DNA of 64,000 bases from Nemertoderma westbladi (Eukaryota; Animalia; Xenacoelomorpha): contig JAUCBJ010004223.1 in NCBI GenBank assembly GCA_032718475.1, forward strand, positions 1 to 64,000, given 5' to 3'. A program made the position numbers and the translations under genes. Under the pieces are notes generated by a model. The model made no database searches, had not been told where the DNA came from, and saw nothing but the letters and a program-made list of their open reading frames with translations. Positions 39,379 to 53,300 of the stretch are shown here, one piece after another; positions within the stretch are counted from its first letter, which is position 1, and every line of letters begins with the position of its first letter.

Positions 39379-40309
39379 ATATGGATGTAGGGTTAGGTTA
39401 GGACAGTAGGAGGTAGCGTCGCAGTGCACTGGCAACACATCCCACTCTACAGTTCTATTTGAAATTATTCCATAGGTTTAAAAAGATTGAAAAATGTCCG
39501 CTCGCTTCGCTCGCGTTTATACTGTCAGACTGTAAGCCTACTCTTAGCACTGTCTAGCTGTGGACAAATGGAAACGACAGATTGAGCATGACCATTAAAA
39601 ATATGACTTGTTTCAAAAGTTTTTCAATTGTCAGATTCTTCAAACCAATAAAATCATGACAGCCTGCATGATTCAGCAGAATTTCCGTGCTCGCTACACT
39701 CAGACACTCGCCAGCTCGGAATTTAATGACATCTGCATTTCTGCATTTGAAAACAGCCGGTTTGCCTACTTTAAATGCTGAAATGTTAAAATTTTCGTGC
39801 TCGCTACGCTCGCATCTTGATCACGTCTGCATTTAAAAACAGTCAGTTGACTACTACTACTACCTGACTACCACGACTACTAGTAACTACAACTACAGCA
39901 CTGTCTGACTATTACTGTCAGACTGTATTTATGTTAACATAATTCAGTAATTGGAAAATTTCCTTGCTCGCTACGCTCGCATTTTATTGTTAAAATACTG
40001 TAGGGCTACAGCATTATAAACTGATAAATTATTACAATTAAGCAATTCAGCAATTACTGCAAAATTTCATAGTCAATTGTTGGCTTGGCGCGCATTAGAT
40101 ATCATGGCTGGCGCGATTTTCGTTTAACCAGAACGCGTGTGGCGCGCTTTTTGTCAGTATTCCATATAGGAGCCAGACCAGCAGACAGCAGTACAGCACT
40201 TTTATACAGATAAATCCCAAAGTCAGTCAGACAATCGATGATACAAGATGATACAAACCATGTCCTGTAGCCTGTAGGCTGTTGATACATGGCAGTGAAA
40301 CAACTAGGA

Positions 40310-40935
40310 GGCATTAGAACATCGTAATTTCAAGCAGTCTCTGTCTCTGATTGGACGGGGCACGGGGGCGTTAGAACATCGTAATTTCAAGCAGTATCTG
40401 TCTCTGATTGGACGGGGGCGTTAGAACATCGTAATTTCAAGCAGTCTCTGATTGGACGGGGCGTTAGAACATCGTAATTTCAAGCAGTCTCTGTCTCTGA
40501 TTGGACGGGGGCGTTAGAACATAGTAATTTCAAGCAGTCTCTGATTGGACGGGGCGTTAGAACATCGTAATTTCAAGCAGTCTCTGTCTCTGATTGGACG
40601 GGGGCGTTAGAACATCGTAATTTCAAGCAGTCTCTGTCTCTGATTGGACGGGGGCGTTAGAACATAGTAATTTCAAGCAGTCTCTGATTGGACGGGGCGT
40701 TAGAACATCGTAATTTCAAGCAGTCTCTGTCTCTGATTGGACGGGGGCGTTAGAACATCGTAATTTCAAGCAGTCTCTGTCTCTGATTGGACGGGGGCGT
40801 TAGAACATAGTAATTTCAAGCAGTCTCTGATTGGACGGGGCGTTAGAACATCGTAATTTCAAGCAGTCTCTGTCTCTGATTGGACGGGGCGTTAGAACAT
40901 CGTAATTTCAAGCAGTCTGTGTCTCTGACTGGACG
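40310..40935. repeat. 43/50-bp tandem repeat, ~13 copies, containing CTGATTGG and GGGGCG
   Basis: Unit ttagaacatcgtaatttcaagcagtctctg(tctctg)attggacgggg(g)cg. Confidence 0.93.
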
Positions 40936-41000
40936 ATTAAAATATTTGAATATTAAACCAATAATAAAGCGCTTGAAGTAGGTGGTTCTAATGACAATAA

Positions 41001-43442
41001 AAAAGGCATTAGAGATTTCTAATTAATATTAAAGGCGTTAGAGATTTCTAATTAATAATAAAGGCATTAGAGATTTGTATAGATAGATTTATTTATACAT
41101 TATGTAAAAACAATAACAAATACACCAAACAATGTACCGGTATAAAGGTATTGTCCAACATAACATATAGGATTACCCCTAAAGCTTTGCAGCTTATTTC
41201 CAAGGGGGTCCTTTATGTTACTTGGTTACAAATACAATATTACACTACCTAACCTAAAACCAATATAAAACGTAATTACACTATGTACATGTACAACTTT
41301 ACCGAGAGCGTGACAATGCCCGACTCAACGATAAAGATGTAATGTACAGAACAATTTATTATAAAACGTAATTACAGTATAAATAGTAAATAATTAATAA
41401 ACTAATAACTTACTGTAGGACTATTGTACCTATTTTTACATTGCACACGGAGATGAGATTTAACTGCAGATTTAAAAGAATGTTGATTATCTAGGTTTTT
41501 AATTTCATTAGGCAGAGCGTTCCAATTTTTAATGCCGTTAAAAAAGAAAGTATAAGATTCAAAGGATTTACAATTCGGGAGGTAGAAGTTTGAAGCACTA
41601 GCTCTGGTACTGTAAGAGTGTATATCGCGTACTCTGTTGAATTTTTGTTTTAGGTAATTGGGACATTTACCATTATACACTTTATGCACATGGTTAAGGC
41701 GTAGCTGCTTAACTCTACTATCTAAGTTAAGTAGTCCAGATTCAGAAAAGTCATCTGGAGTTAGGTGGTGCCTAGGTTTGTAGTCTTTAATAAATCGTAC
41801 TACTTTATTCTGAGCTACTTGTAATTTACATTTAAGCTGTTTGGTTAAGCCTTCATACCTAGAAGAGCACGCATAGTCCATGTGACACTGTATTAAAGAA
41901 GAGCAAAGTAACTTGCGGGAGTCGGTGTTCAAACTATTTTTATTTCTGTATAGAAACCTAAGCCTACTGTTAACTTTCGAGAAAATATTTTTCACTGTAC
42001 TTTCTCCTGATAAGCAGTTATCCAATGTGGCGCCTAAATATTTAATATTTGTAATTAATAATAAAGGCGTTAGAGATTTCTAATTAATAATAAAGGCATT
42101 AGAGATTTCTAATTAATAATAAAGGCATTAGAGATTTCTAATTAATAATAAAGGCGTTAGAGATTTCTAATTAATAATAAAGGCATTAGAGATTTCTAAT
42201 TAATAATAAAGGCGTTAGAGATTTTTAATTAATAATAAAGGCATTAGAGATTTCTAATTAATAATAAAGGCATTAGAGATTTCTAATTAATAATAAAGGC
42301 ATTAGAGATTTGTAATTAATAATAAAGGCAATAGAGATTTCTAATTAATAATAAAGGCATTAGAGATTTCTAATTAATAATAAAGGCATTAGAGATTTCT
42401 AATTAATAATAAAGGCATTAGAGATTTCTAATTAATAATAAAGGCATTAGAGATTTCTAATTAATAATAAAGGCATTAGAGATTTCTAATTAATAATAAA
42501 GGCATTAGAGATTTCTAATTAATAATAAAGGCATTATAGATTTTTAATTAATAATAAAGGCGTTAGAGATTTCTAATTAATAATAAAGGCATTAGAGATT
42601 TCTAATTAATAATAAAGGCATTATAGATTTTTAATTAATAATAAAGGCATTAGAGATTTCTAATTAATAATAAAGGCATTAGAGATTTCTAATTAATAAT
42701 AAAGGCATTAGAGATTTCTAATTAATAATAAAGGCATTAGAGATTTCTAATTAATAATAAAGGCATTAGAGATTTCTAATTAATAATAAAGGCATTAGAG
42801 ATTTCTAATTAATAATAAAGGCATTAGAGATTTCTAATTAATAATAAAGGCATTAGAGATTTATAATTAAAAATAAAGGCATTATAGATTTTTAATTAAT
42901 AATAAAGGCGTTAGAGATTTCTAATTAATAATAAAGGCATTAGAGATTTGTAATTAATAATAAAGGCGTTAGAGATTTCTAATTAATAATAAAGGCATTA
43001 GAGATTTATAATTAAAAATAAAGGCATTATAGATTTTTAATTAATAATAAAGGCGTTAGAGATTTCTAATTAATAATAAAGGCATTAGAGATTTGTAATT
43101 AATAATAAAGGCGTTAGAGATTTCTAATTAATAATAAAGGCATTAGAGATTTCTAATTAATAATAAAGGCATTAGAGATTTCTAATTAATAATAAAGAAA
43201 TTATAGATTTTTAATTAATAATAAAGGCGTTAGAGATTTCTAATTAATAATAAAGGCATTAGAGATTTTTAATTAATAATAAAGGCATTAGAGATTTCTA
43301 ATTAATAATAAAGGCATTATAGATTTTTAATTAATAATAAAGGCGTTAGAGATTTCTAATTAATAATAAAGGCATTAGAGATTTGTAATTAATAATAAAG
43401 GCATTAGAGATTTCTAATTTAATAATAAAGGCATTAGAGATT
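41001..43442. repeat. 29-bp AT-rich satellite, proximal blocks (interrupted by the LINE)
   Basis: Unit aaaggcattagagatttctaattaataat. Confidence 0.95.
41080..42046 (-). mobile_element. 5'-truncated L2/Crack-like LINE 3' end inserted in the 29-bp satellite, with a 7-bp TSD
   Basis: ORF 41402-42025 (KLQVAQNKVVRFI, CPNYL, HSYSTR, WNALP). The 3' end reads AATAAA followed by tctatcta. ATTTGTA flanks it at 41073-41079 and 42047-42053. Confidence 0.85.
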
Positions 43443-45217
43443 ATTGGAAGAGACGGTAACAATACCTGCAATATCCTACTGTAAAGTTTGTGAATCAAAT
43501 CATAAATCCGACCTTCTCACCAAAACAGTAAACTCTAAGTAAGCGAATATATTGCAGTATCGATCTCTTATAACCGGTGAGGCAGAAAACAGTCTACGAG
43601 CAGACAAACTTCGATAAAACAAAATCCCGCGCAGCGAATCCTAAAATCAGGCTGACTCACTGACGGACTAAGGGGCTCGTATACTTTGCCGCGGTGTGAT
43701 TTATATGGTTGGGCGAAGGGACGCTAGCTAGGTACAGAGGCAGAGATTTGGAGATGTCTAACTAGCGGGCAAAGCACAGTACGGACAAAGTTAATTTTAT
43801 ATATTTTGAGGTGTAAATAATTTCTAACGCGCGTGTGTTAATTCTGAACGGTCAAAAGCAGTTTTGCTCCTTCACATATATAATTACTGGGTACGGTGTG
43901 CATTTTACGAATATTCTAATTTTGTAACTTGTAGGTCCAATACTCACGAATAATAAGGTTCCTTCCCCTCTTGCGTATTTCCAGGACTCAAATTCAGGCA
44001 TAAGGTTAATGCTACGCCCAGAATTCGGCAATTTTAGGTACCAGGTCCCTGATACTAAGAAGAGATGTGTTAGTTTACTACTGTAGGCGTACAGTTACTA
44101 ATAGCTATCCTGGCGTCCTATCTAGAATTTTAGTCACCCAGGTAGGCTGGGTAACTTCCTATCAGGGCGTTGGCGGGGACACGGTAGATGTTAGTATATC
44201 CCTAATAGCCTCAATTTATTTGCGCCTAGTTGTAAACTGCCCTACCGCCTGAACGGTACAATCCCAATTCAGGTGAAAACACAGCAACCCTCCTAGCCTA
44301 CAAGTTCTGATGCAATGGACACCGTTGTACTGCAAATAGTCACAGACGCACCCGTACTTAGCAAGAGTTAGGCGTACAGTTTGCTGCACCCTACCAATTT
44401 GTATGCTGCGTACCGGTGTGCCTACGTCCTATCTGCGTACTAGTATCTGCCTGCTCTCTCCCCCCCCCGTAGGAATGTGAAGGTCTACTGTGGTTCTTTC
44501 CTGAATCAAGACAGTACAGTCCCTAAGATGTAATTTTAGGCTCACAGCGTGTCACTACTTCTACCTTTTGATCTTTGGTCTTACGCTTAGGTAGCGAGGC
44601 GTCGAACGCTGTCTAACCTTTCAGGCGATGGGCGAATAACTCAAGATGGTATTGCGGGTTGTCTCTTGTCTACATTCCCGTGATGTTCCCGTTCATTGCT
44701 GCGGCCCGATCTCTAGCCGGCCATCCTGTCCCTTAGGTTTGTTCACCGTAGTGAATCATGGTAAAACAGATAGAAAAGGCAGATTAGCGATAATTCTGAC
44801 TTTATTACAGAAGATATAATTATAATACAATGTAATCTGAAATAAACTAAGCACGACAGAATATTGATAAGATAAGATAATCTGAGAAGTATATGTGTAT
44901 AATAGAAAGATAACTAATGAACGAAATCGCACCTTTATATAGCAAATTTGTGCTGCAATCAATCGAGAACATTCTATAATTATATTGGGTTTTTAAAGAT
45001 AACCATTGGTCCAGCTAATGTATAACTTGCACGACATTGGATACAATCTAATAACTGCAGTCTCATTGGTTAATCTAGGTACAAACGAATGCAATTTAAT
45101 TTGTAGCGGTCAATTTAAATGAGTTGAAATTCTGCACAAAAAATAATTCGCACTTACTAGGATTCGAACTCAATACCTACTACACATATAATTTCCAACG
45201 CTCTACCGACTGAGCTA

Positions 45218-46203
45218 GGGCTGGGGTAAAACAGACTGTAAACAAGGGGGGAAAAGAATTACGTAAAGAATTACTTAAGTAGAGATAATTAATTATTTGC
45301 GTATCAACAACAACAGTAACAATCTCACACCTCACAATTCACATAATAGTAATATCCACACCCCCCCCCCCCCCCCTCCCCCTTTTTTTGCAAACACTGC
45401 ACACCACCGCTACCTGCCTGGCACTCCCAGACAATACATTGGGCTATAATACTAGCCACGTCATTGTCCAAAGTATTATTGTTACTTAACTTTTAATATT
45501 GCAATTATACAATATACTGTATATAATACTCTATATGTGCAATGTGAGTATCGGATTACCAAATAACAATAAATTTTAAACAATTGTCTTCTTTAGTCTA
45601 AAATTCGCAACTGTTCGGTGGTCCACCCACACGATCAACACTATGTAGTACTAAAACCTAGGCCTACAACTACATGCTCTAAAATCCCCAAAAATGACCC
45701 CCCCCCCCCCCCCGCTAAATGGCAGGCCTCCGTTTGCTAATTCCCGTATCAAAACACGGTACTCGTGGATGCATTTGAAGTCATGACACATTATTGAAAG
45801 TTTATTATTTACTCATAAGTCTAGAAATAATATATAATATAGAAATAATAATATATTTGTTAATTTAGCTACACGAGTAACTGATACTCGTTTAATTAAA
45901 CGTAAACCTTTGATGAAATTAAAAAATTCCTTACTAATCCTTGCCTGTAATCAATAATTAATTAAAAGCTTAGTTGTTTTGCTGGGTTAGCCTATACCAG
46001 TACATGATTTCCCATCTCCTCAACCAGGGGAACTACTATTATAGTTTAAACTATGTAAGCTATTTATAGCAGCCAATAGAAAGCCGGGTTTTCCCTACCA
46101 TCCACCTAAGCAAGCTACTCCCTTCCTCACCTCCATGCTACTCGCGACCTTAGCTCCAGCCTACTCTCAACCTTAGATTTACCACAGTCCTTAGGTATTC
46201 TGC
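45218..46203. mobile_element. 986-bp non-coding TIR-less insertion, copy 1
   Basis: Flanked by CTGAGCTA at 45210-45217 and 46204-46211. Confidence 0.7.
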
Positions 46204-46211
46204 CTGAGCTA

Positions 46212-47197
46212 GGGCTGGGGTAAAACAGACTGTAAACAAGGGGGGAAAAGAATTACGTAAAGAATTACTTAAGTAGAGATAATTAATTATTTGCGTATCA
46301 ACAACAACAGTAACAATCTCACACCTCACAATTCACATAATAGTAATATCCACACCCCCCCCCCCCCCCTCCCCCTTTTTTTGCAAACACTGCACACCAC
46401 CGCTACCTGCCTGGCACTCCCAGACAATACATTGGGCTATAATACTAGCCACGTCATTGTCCAAAGTATTATTGTTACTTAACTTTTAATATTGCAATTA
46501 TACAATATACTGTATATAATACTCTATATGTGCAATGTGAGTATCGGATTACCAAATAACAATAAATTTTAAACAATTGTCTTCTTTAGTCTAAAATTCG
46601 CAACTGTTCGGTGGTCCACCCACACGATCAACACTATGTAGTACTAAAACCTAGGCCTACAACTACATGCTCTAAAATCCCCAAAAATGACCCCCCCCCC
46701 CCCCCCCGCTAAATGGCAGGCCTCCGTTTGCTAATTCCCGTATCAAAACACGGTACTCGTGGATGCATTTGAAGTCATGACACATTATTGAAAGTTTATT
46801 ATTTACTCATAAGTCTAGAAATAATATATAATATAGAAATAATAATATATTTGTTAATTTAGCTACACGAGTAACTGATACTCGTTTAATTAAACGTAAA
46901 CCTTTGATGAAATTAAAAAATTCCTTACTAATCCTTGCCTGTAATCAATAATTAATTAAAAGCTTAGTTGTTTTGCTGGGTTAGCCTATACCAGTACATG
47001 ATTTCCCATCTCCTCAACCAGGGGAACTACTATTATAGTTTAAACTATGTAAGCTATTTATAGCAGCCAATAGAAAGCCGGGTTTTCCCTACCATCCACC
47101 TAAGCAAGCTACTCCCTTCCTCACCTCCATGCTACTCGCGACCTTAGCTCCAGCCTACTCTCAACCTTAGATTTACCACAGTCCTTAGGTATTCTGC
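46212..47197. mobile_element. 986-bp non-coding TIR-less insertion, copy 2 (apparently identical to copy 1)
   Basis: Period 994 bp. Flanked by CTGAGCTA at 46204-46211 and 47198-47205. Confidence 0.7.
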
Positions 47198-47335
47198 CTG
47201 AGCTACTGAACCACTTGACCAATAGGCGTACAAATGATAGAACAAATACGAATGAGAACTCAAAGCAATCTTTACAAAGTTAATTCGAATAAAAATAAAA
47301 TTTTGAAAATCCACGGCATTTGGAGAATATAATTC

Positions 47336-50300
47336 TATAGAGATTTCTAATTAATAATAAAGGCATTAGAGATTTCTAATTAATAATAAAGGCGTTAGAG
47401 ATTTCTAATTATTAATAAAGGCATGAGAGATTTCTAATTAATAATAAAGGCATTAGAGATTTCTAATTAATAATAAAGGCATTAGAGATTTGTAATTAAT
47501 AATAAAGGCATTAGAGATTTCTAATTAATAATAAAGGCATTAGAGATTTCTAATTAATAATAAAGGCGTTAGAGATTTCTAATTATTAATAAAGGCATGA
47601 GAGATTTCTAATTAATAATAAAGGCATTAGAGATTTCTAATTAATAATAAAGGCATTAGAGATTTGTAATTAATAATAAAGGCATTAGAGATTTCTAATT
47701 AATAATAAAGGCATTAGAGATTTCTAATTAATAATAAAGGCATTAGAGATTTCTAATTAATAATAAAGGCGTTAGAGATTTCTAATTATTAATAAAGGCA
47801 TGAGAGATTTCTAATTAATAATAAAGGCATTAGAGATTTCTAATTAATAATAAAGGCGTTAGAGATTTCTAATTATTAATAAAGGCATGAGAGATTTTTA
47901 ATTAATAATAAAGGCGTTAGAGATTTCTAATTAATAATAAAGGCATTAGAGATTTCTAATTAATAATAAAGGCGTTAGAGATTTGTAATTAATAATAAAG
48001 GCATTAGAGATTTCTAATTAATAATAAAGGCATTAGAGATTTCTAATTAATAATAAAGGCGTTAGAGATTTATAATTAATAATAAAGGCATTAGAGATTT
48101 CTAATTAATAATAAAGGCATTAGAGATTTCTAATTAATAATAAAGGCATTATAGATTTCTAATTAATAATAAAGGCATTAGAGATTTCTAATTAATAATA
48201 AAGGCATTAGAGATTTCTAATTAATAATAAAGGCACTAGAGATTTCTAATTAATATTAAAGGCATTAGAGATTTCTAATTAATAATAAAGGCATTATAGA
48301 TTTCTAATTAATAATAAAGGCATTACAGATTTCTAATTAATAATAAAGGCATTAGAGATTTCTAATTAATAATAAAGGCATTAGAGATTTCTAATTAATA
48401 ATAAAGGCATTAGAGATTTCTAATTAATAATAAAGGCGTTAGAGATTTCTAATTATTAATAAAGGCATGAGAGATTTCTAATTAATAATAAAGGCATTAG
48501 AGATTTCTAATTAATAATAAAGGCATTAGAGATTTCTAATTAATAATAAAGGCATTAGAGATTTCTAATTAATAATAAAGGCATTAGAGATTTATAATTA
48601 ATAATAAAGGCATTATAGATTTTTAATTAATAATAAAGGCGTTAGAGATTTCTAATTAATAATAAAGGCATTAGAGATTTATAATTAATAATAAAGGCAC
48701 TAGAGATTTCTAATTAATAATAAAGGCATTAGAGATTTCTAATTAATAATAAAGGCATTATAGATTTCTAATTAATAATAAAGGCATTAGAGATTTCTAA
48801 TTAATAATAAAGGCATTAGAGATTTCTAATTAATAATAAAGGCATTAGAGATTTCTAATTAATAATAAAGGCGTTAGAGATTTCTAATTAATAATAAAGG
48901 CATTATAGATTTCTAATTAATAATAAAGGCATTAGAGATTTCTAATTAATAATAAAGGCATTAGAGATTTCTAATTAATAATAAAGGCATTAGAGATTTC
49001 TAATTAATAATAAAGGCATTAGAGATTTCTAATTAATAATAAAGGCATTAGAGATTTCTAATTAATAATAAAGGCGTTAGAGATTTCTAATTATTAATAA
49101 AGGCATTAGAGATTTCTAATTAATAATAAAGGCATTAGAGATTTCTAATTAATAATAAAGGCGATAGAGATTTCTAATTAATAATAAAGGCATTAGAGAT
49201 TTCTAATTAATAATAAAGGCGTTAGAGATTTCTAATTAATAATAAAGGCATTAGAGATTTCTAATTAATAATAAAGGCAATAGAGATTTCTAATTAATAA
49301 TAAAGGCATTAGAGATTTATAATTAATAATAAAGGCATTATAGATTTTTAATTAATAATAAAGGCGTTAGAGATTTCTAATTAATAATAAAGGCATTAGA
49401 GATTTATAATTAATAATAAAGGCACTAGAGATTTCTAATTAATAATAAAGGCATTAGAGATTTCTAATTAATAATAAAGGCATTATAGATTTCTAATTAA
49501 TAATAAAGGCATTAGAGATTTCTAATTAATAATAAAGGCATTAGAGATTTCTAATTAATAATAAAGGCATTAGAGATTTCTAATTAATAATAAAGGCATT
49601 AGAGATTTCTAATTAATAATAAAGGCGTTAGAGATTTCTAATTATTAATAAAGGCATTAGAGATTTCTAATTAATAATAAAGGCATTAGAGATTTCTAAT
49701 TAATAATAAAGGCGTTAGAGATTTCTAATTAATAATAAAGGCATTAGAGATTTCTAATTAATAATAAAGGCATTAGAGATTTCTAATTAATAATAAAGGC
49801 ATTAGAGATTTCTAATTAATAATAAAGGCATTAGAGATTTCTAATTAATAATAAAGGCATTATAGATTTTTAATTAATAATAAAGGCGTTAGAGATTTCT
49901 AATTAATAATAAAGGCATTAGAGATTTATAATTAATAATAAAGGCACTAGAGATTTCTAATTAATAATAAAGGCATTATAGATTTCTAATTAATAATAAA
50001 GGCGTTAGAGATTCTAATTAATAATAAAGGCATTAGAGATTTATAATTAATAATAAAGGCACTAGAGATTTCTAATTAATAATAAAGGCATTATAGATTT
50101 CTAATTAATAATAAAGGCGTTAGAGATTTGTAATTAATAATAAAGGCATTAGAGATTTCTAATTAATAATAAAGGCGTTAGAGATTTCTAATTAATAATA
50201 AAGGCATTAGAGATTTCTAATTATTAATAAAGGCATTAGAGATTTCTAATTAATAATAAAGGCGTTAGAGATTTCTAATTAATAATAAAGGCGTTAGAGA

Positions 50301-53300
50301 TTTCTAATTAATAATAAAGGCATTAGAGATTTCTAATTAATAATAAAGGCAATAGAGATTTCTAATTAATAATAAAGGCATTAGAGATTTCTAATTAATA
50401 ATAAAGGCATTACAGATTTTTAATTAATAATACAGGCATTAGAGATTTATAATTAATAATAAAGGCATTAGAGATTTCTAATTAATAATAAAGGCATTAG
50501 AGATTTCTAATTAATAATAAAGGCATTAGAGATTTCTAATTAATAATAAAGGCAATAGAGATTTCTAATTAATAATAAAGGCATTAGAGATTTATAATTA
50601 ATAATAAAGGCATTATAGATTTTTAATTAATAATAAAGGCGTTAGAGATTTCTAATTAATAATAAAGGCATTAGAGATTTATAATTAATAATAAAGGCAC
50701 TAGAGATTTCTAATTAATAATAAAGGCATTATAGATTTCTAATTAATAATAAAGGCGTTAGAGATTCTAATTAATAATAAAGGCATTAGAGATTTATAAT
50801 TAATAATAAAGGCACTAGAGATTTCTAATTAATAATAAAGGCATTATAGATTTCTAATTAATAATAAAGGCGTTAGAGATTTGTAATTAATAATAAAGGC
50901 ATTAGAGATTTCTAATTAATAATAAAGGCGTTAGAGATTTCTAATTAATAATAAAGGCATTAGAGATTTCTAATTATTAATAAAGGCATTAGAAATTTCT
51001 AATTAATAATAAAGGCGTTAGAGATTTCTAATTAATAATAAAGGCGTTAGAGATTTCTAATTAATAATAAAGGCATTAGAGATTTCTAATTAATAATAAA
51101 GGCAATAGAGATTTCTAATTAATAATAAAGGCATTAGAGATTTCTAATTAATAATAAAGGCATTACAGATTTTTAATTAATAATACAGGCATTAGAGATT
51201 TATAATTAATAATAAAGGCATTAGAGATTTCTAATTAATAATAAAGGCATTAGAGATTTCTAATTAATAATAAAGGCATTAGAGATTTCTAATTAATAAT
51301 AAAGGCAATAGAGATTTCTAATTAATAATAAAGGCATTAGAGATTTCTAATTAATAATAAAGGCATTATAGATTTCTAATTAATAATACAGGCATTAGAG
51401 ATTTCTAATTAATAATAAAGGCATTATAGATTTCTAATTAATAATAAAGGCATTAGAGATTTCTAATTAATAATAAAGGCATTAGAGATTTCTAATTAAT
51501 AATAAACGCATTAGAGAATTCTACTTAATAATAAAGGCATTAGAGATTTCTAATTAATAATAAAGGCATTAGAGATTTCTAATTAATATTAAAGGCGTTA
51601 GAGATTTCTAATTAATAATAAAGGCATTAGAGATTTGTAATTAATAATAAAGGCAATAGAGATTTCTAATTAATAATAAAGGCATTAGAGATTTCTAATT
51701 AATAATAAAGGCATTAGAGATTTCTAATTAATAATAAAGGCAATAGAGATTTCTAATTAATAATAAAGGCACTAGAGATTTCTAATTAATAATAAAGGCA
51801 TTAGAGATTTCTAATTAATAATAAAGGCATTAGAGATTTCTAATTAATAATAAAGGCATTAGAGATTTCTAATTAATAATAAAGGCATTAGAGATTTCTA
51901 ATTAATAATAAAGGCATTAGAGATTTCTAATTAATAATAAAGGCAGTAGAGATTTCTAATTAATAATAAAGGCGTTAGAGATTTCTAATTAATAATAAAG
52001 GCATTAGAGATTTCTAATTAATAATAAAGGCATTAGAGATTTCTAATTAATAATAAAGGCATTATAGATTTTTAATTAATAATACAGGCATTAGAGATTT
52101 CTAATTAATAATAAAGGCATTAGAGATTTCTAATTAATAATAAAGGCATTATAGATTTTTAATTAATAATAAAGGCATTAGAGATTTCTAATTAATAATA
52201 AAGGCAATAGAGATTTCTAATTAATAATAAAGGCGTTAGAGATTTCTAATTAATAATAAAGGCGTTAGAGATTTCTAATTAATAATAAAGGCATTAGAGA
52301 TTTCTAATTAATAATAAAGGCATTAGAGATTTCTAATTAATAATAAAGGCATTATAGATTTTTAATTAATAATACAGGCATTAGAGATTTCTAATTAATA
52401 ATAAAGGCATTAGAGATTTCTAATTAATAATAAAGGCATTATAGATTTTTAATTAATAATAAAGGCGTTAGATATTTTTAATTAATAATAAAGGCATTAG
52501 AGATTTCTAATTAATAATAAAGGCATTAGAGATTTCTAATTAATAATAAAGGCATTAGAGATTTCTAATTAATAATAAAGGCATTAGAGATTTCTAATTA
52601 ATAATAAAGGCATTATAGATTTTTAATTAATAATACAGGCATTAGAGATTTCTAATTAATAATAAAGGCATTAGAGATTTCTAATTAATAATAAAGGCAT
52701 TAGAGATTTCTAATTAATAATAAAGGCATTAGAGATTTCTAATTAATAATAAAGGCATTAGAGATTTCTAATTAATAATAAAGGCATTAGAGATTTCTAA
52801 TTAATAATAAAGGCATTAGAGATTTCTAATTAATAATAAAGGCATTATAGATTTTTAATTAATAATACAGGCATTAGAGATTTCTAATTAATAATAAAGG
52901 CATTAGAGATTTCTAATTAATAATAAAGGCATTATAGATTTTTAATTAATAATAAAGGCATTAGAGATTTCTAATTAATAATAAAGGCAATAGAGATTTC
53001 TAATTAATAATAAAGGCGTTAGAGATTTCTAATTAATAATAAAGGCGTTAGAGATTTCTAATTAATAATAAAGGCATTAGAGATTTCTAATTAATAATAA
53101 AGGCATTAGAGATTTCTAATTAATAATAAAGGCATTATAGATTTTTAATTAATAATACAGGCATTAGAGATTTCTAATTAATAATAAAGGCATTAGAGAT
53201 TTCTAATTAATAATAAAGGCATTATAGATTTTTAATTAATAATACTGGCATTAGAGATTTCTAATTAATAATAAAGGCATTAGAGATTTTTAATTAATAA

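Larger units (their letters stand above)
45145..47212 (-). pseudogene. Degenerate tRNA-derived sequence split at its A box by two tandem insertions
   Basis: Removing 45218-47205 rejoins GGTTCAG-TAGCTCAGTCGGTAGAGCG-TTGGA...GAGTTCGAATCC (A and B boxes). The acceptor stem does not pair, so it is not a functional tRNA. Confidence 0.7.

Noticed and set aside
45145-45217. Functional tRNA gene
   Set aside because: It is interrupted, and the acceptor, anticodon and T stems do not pair properly after reconstruction.
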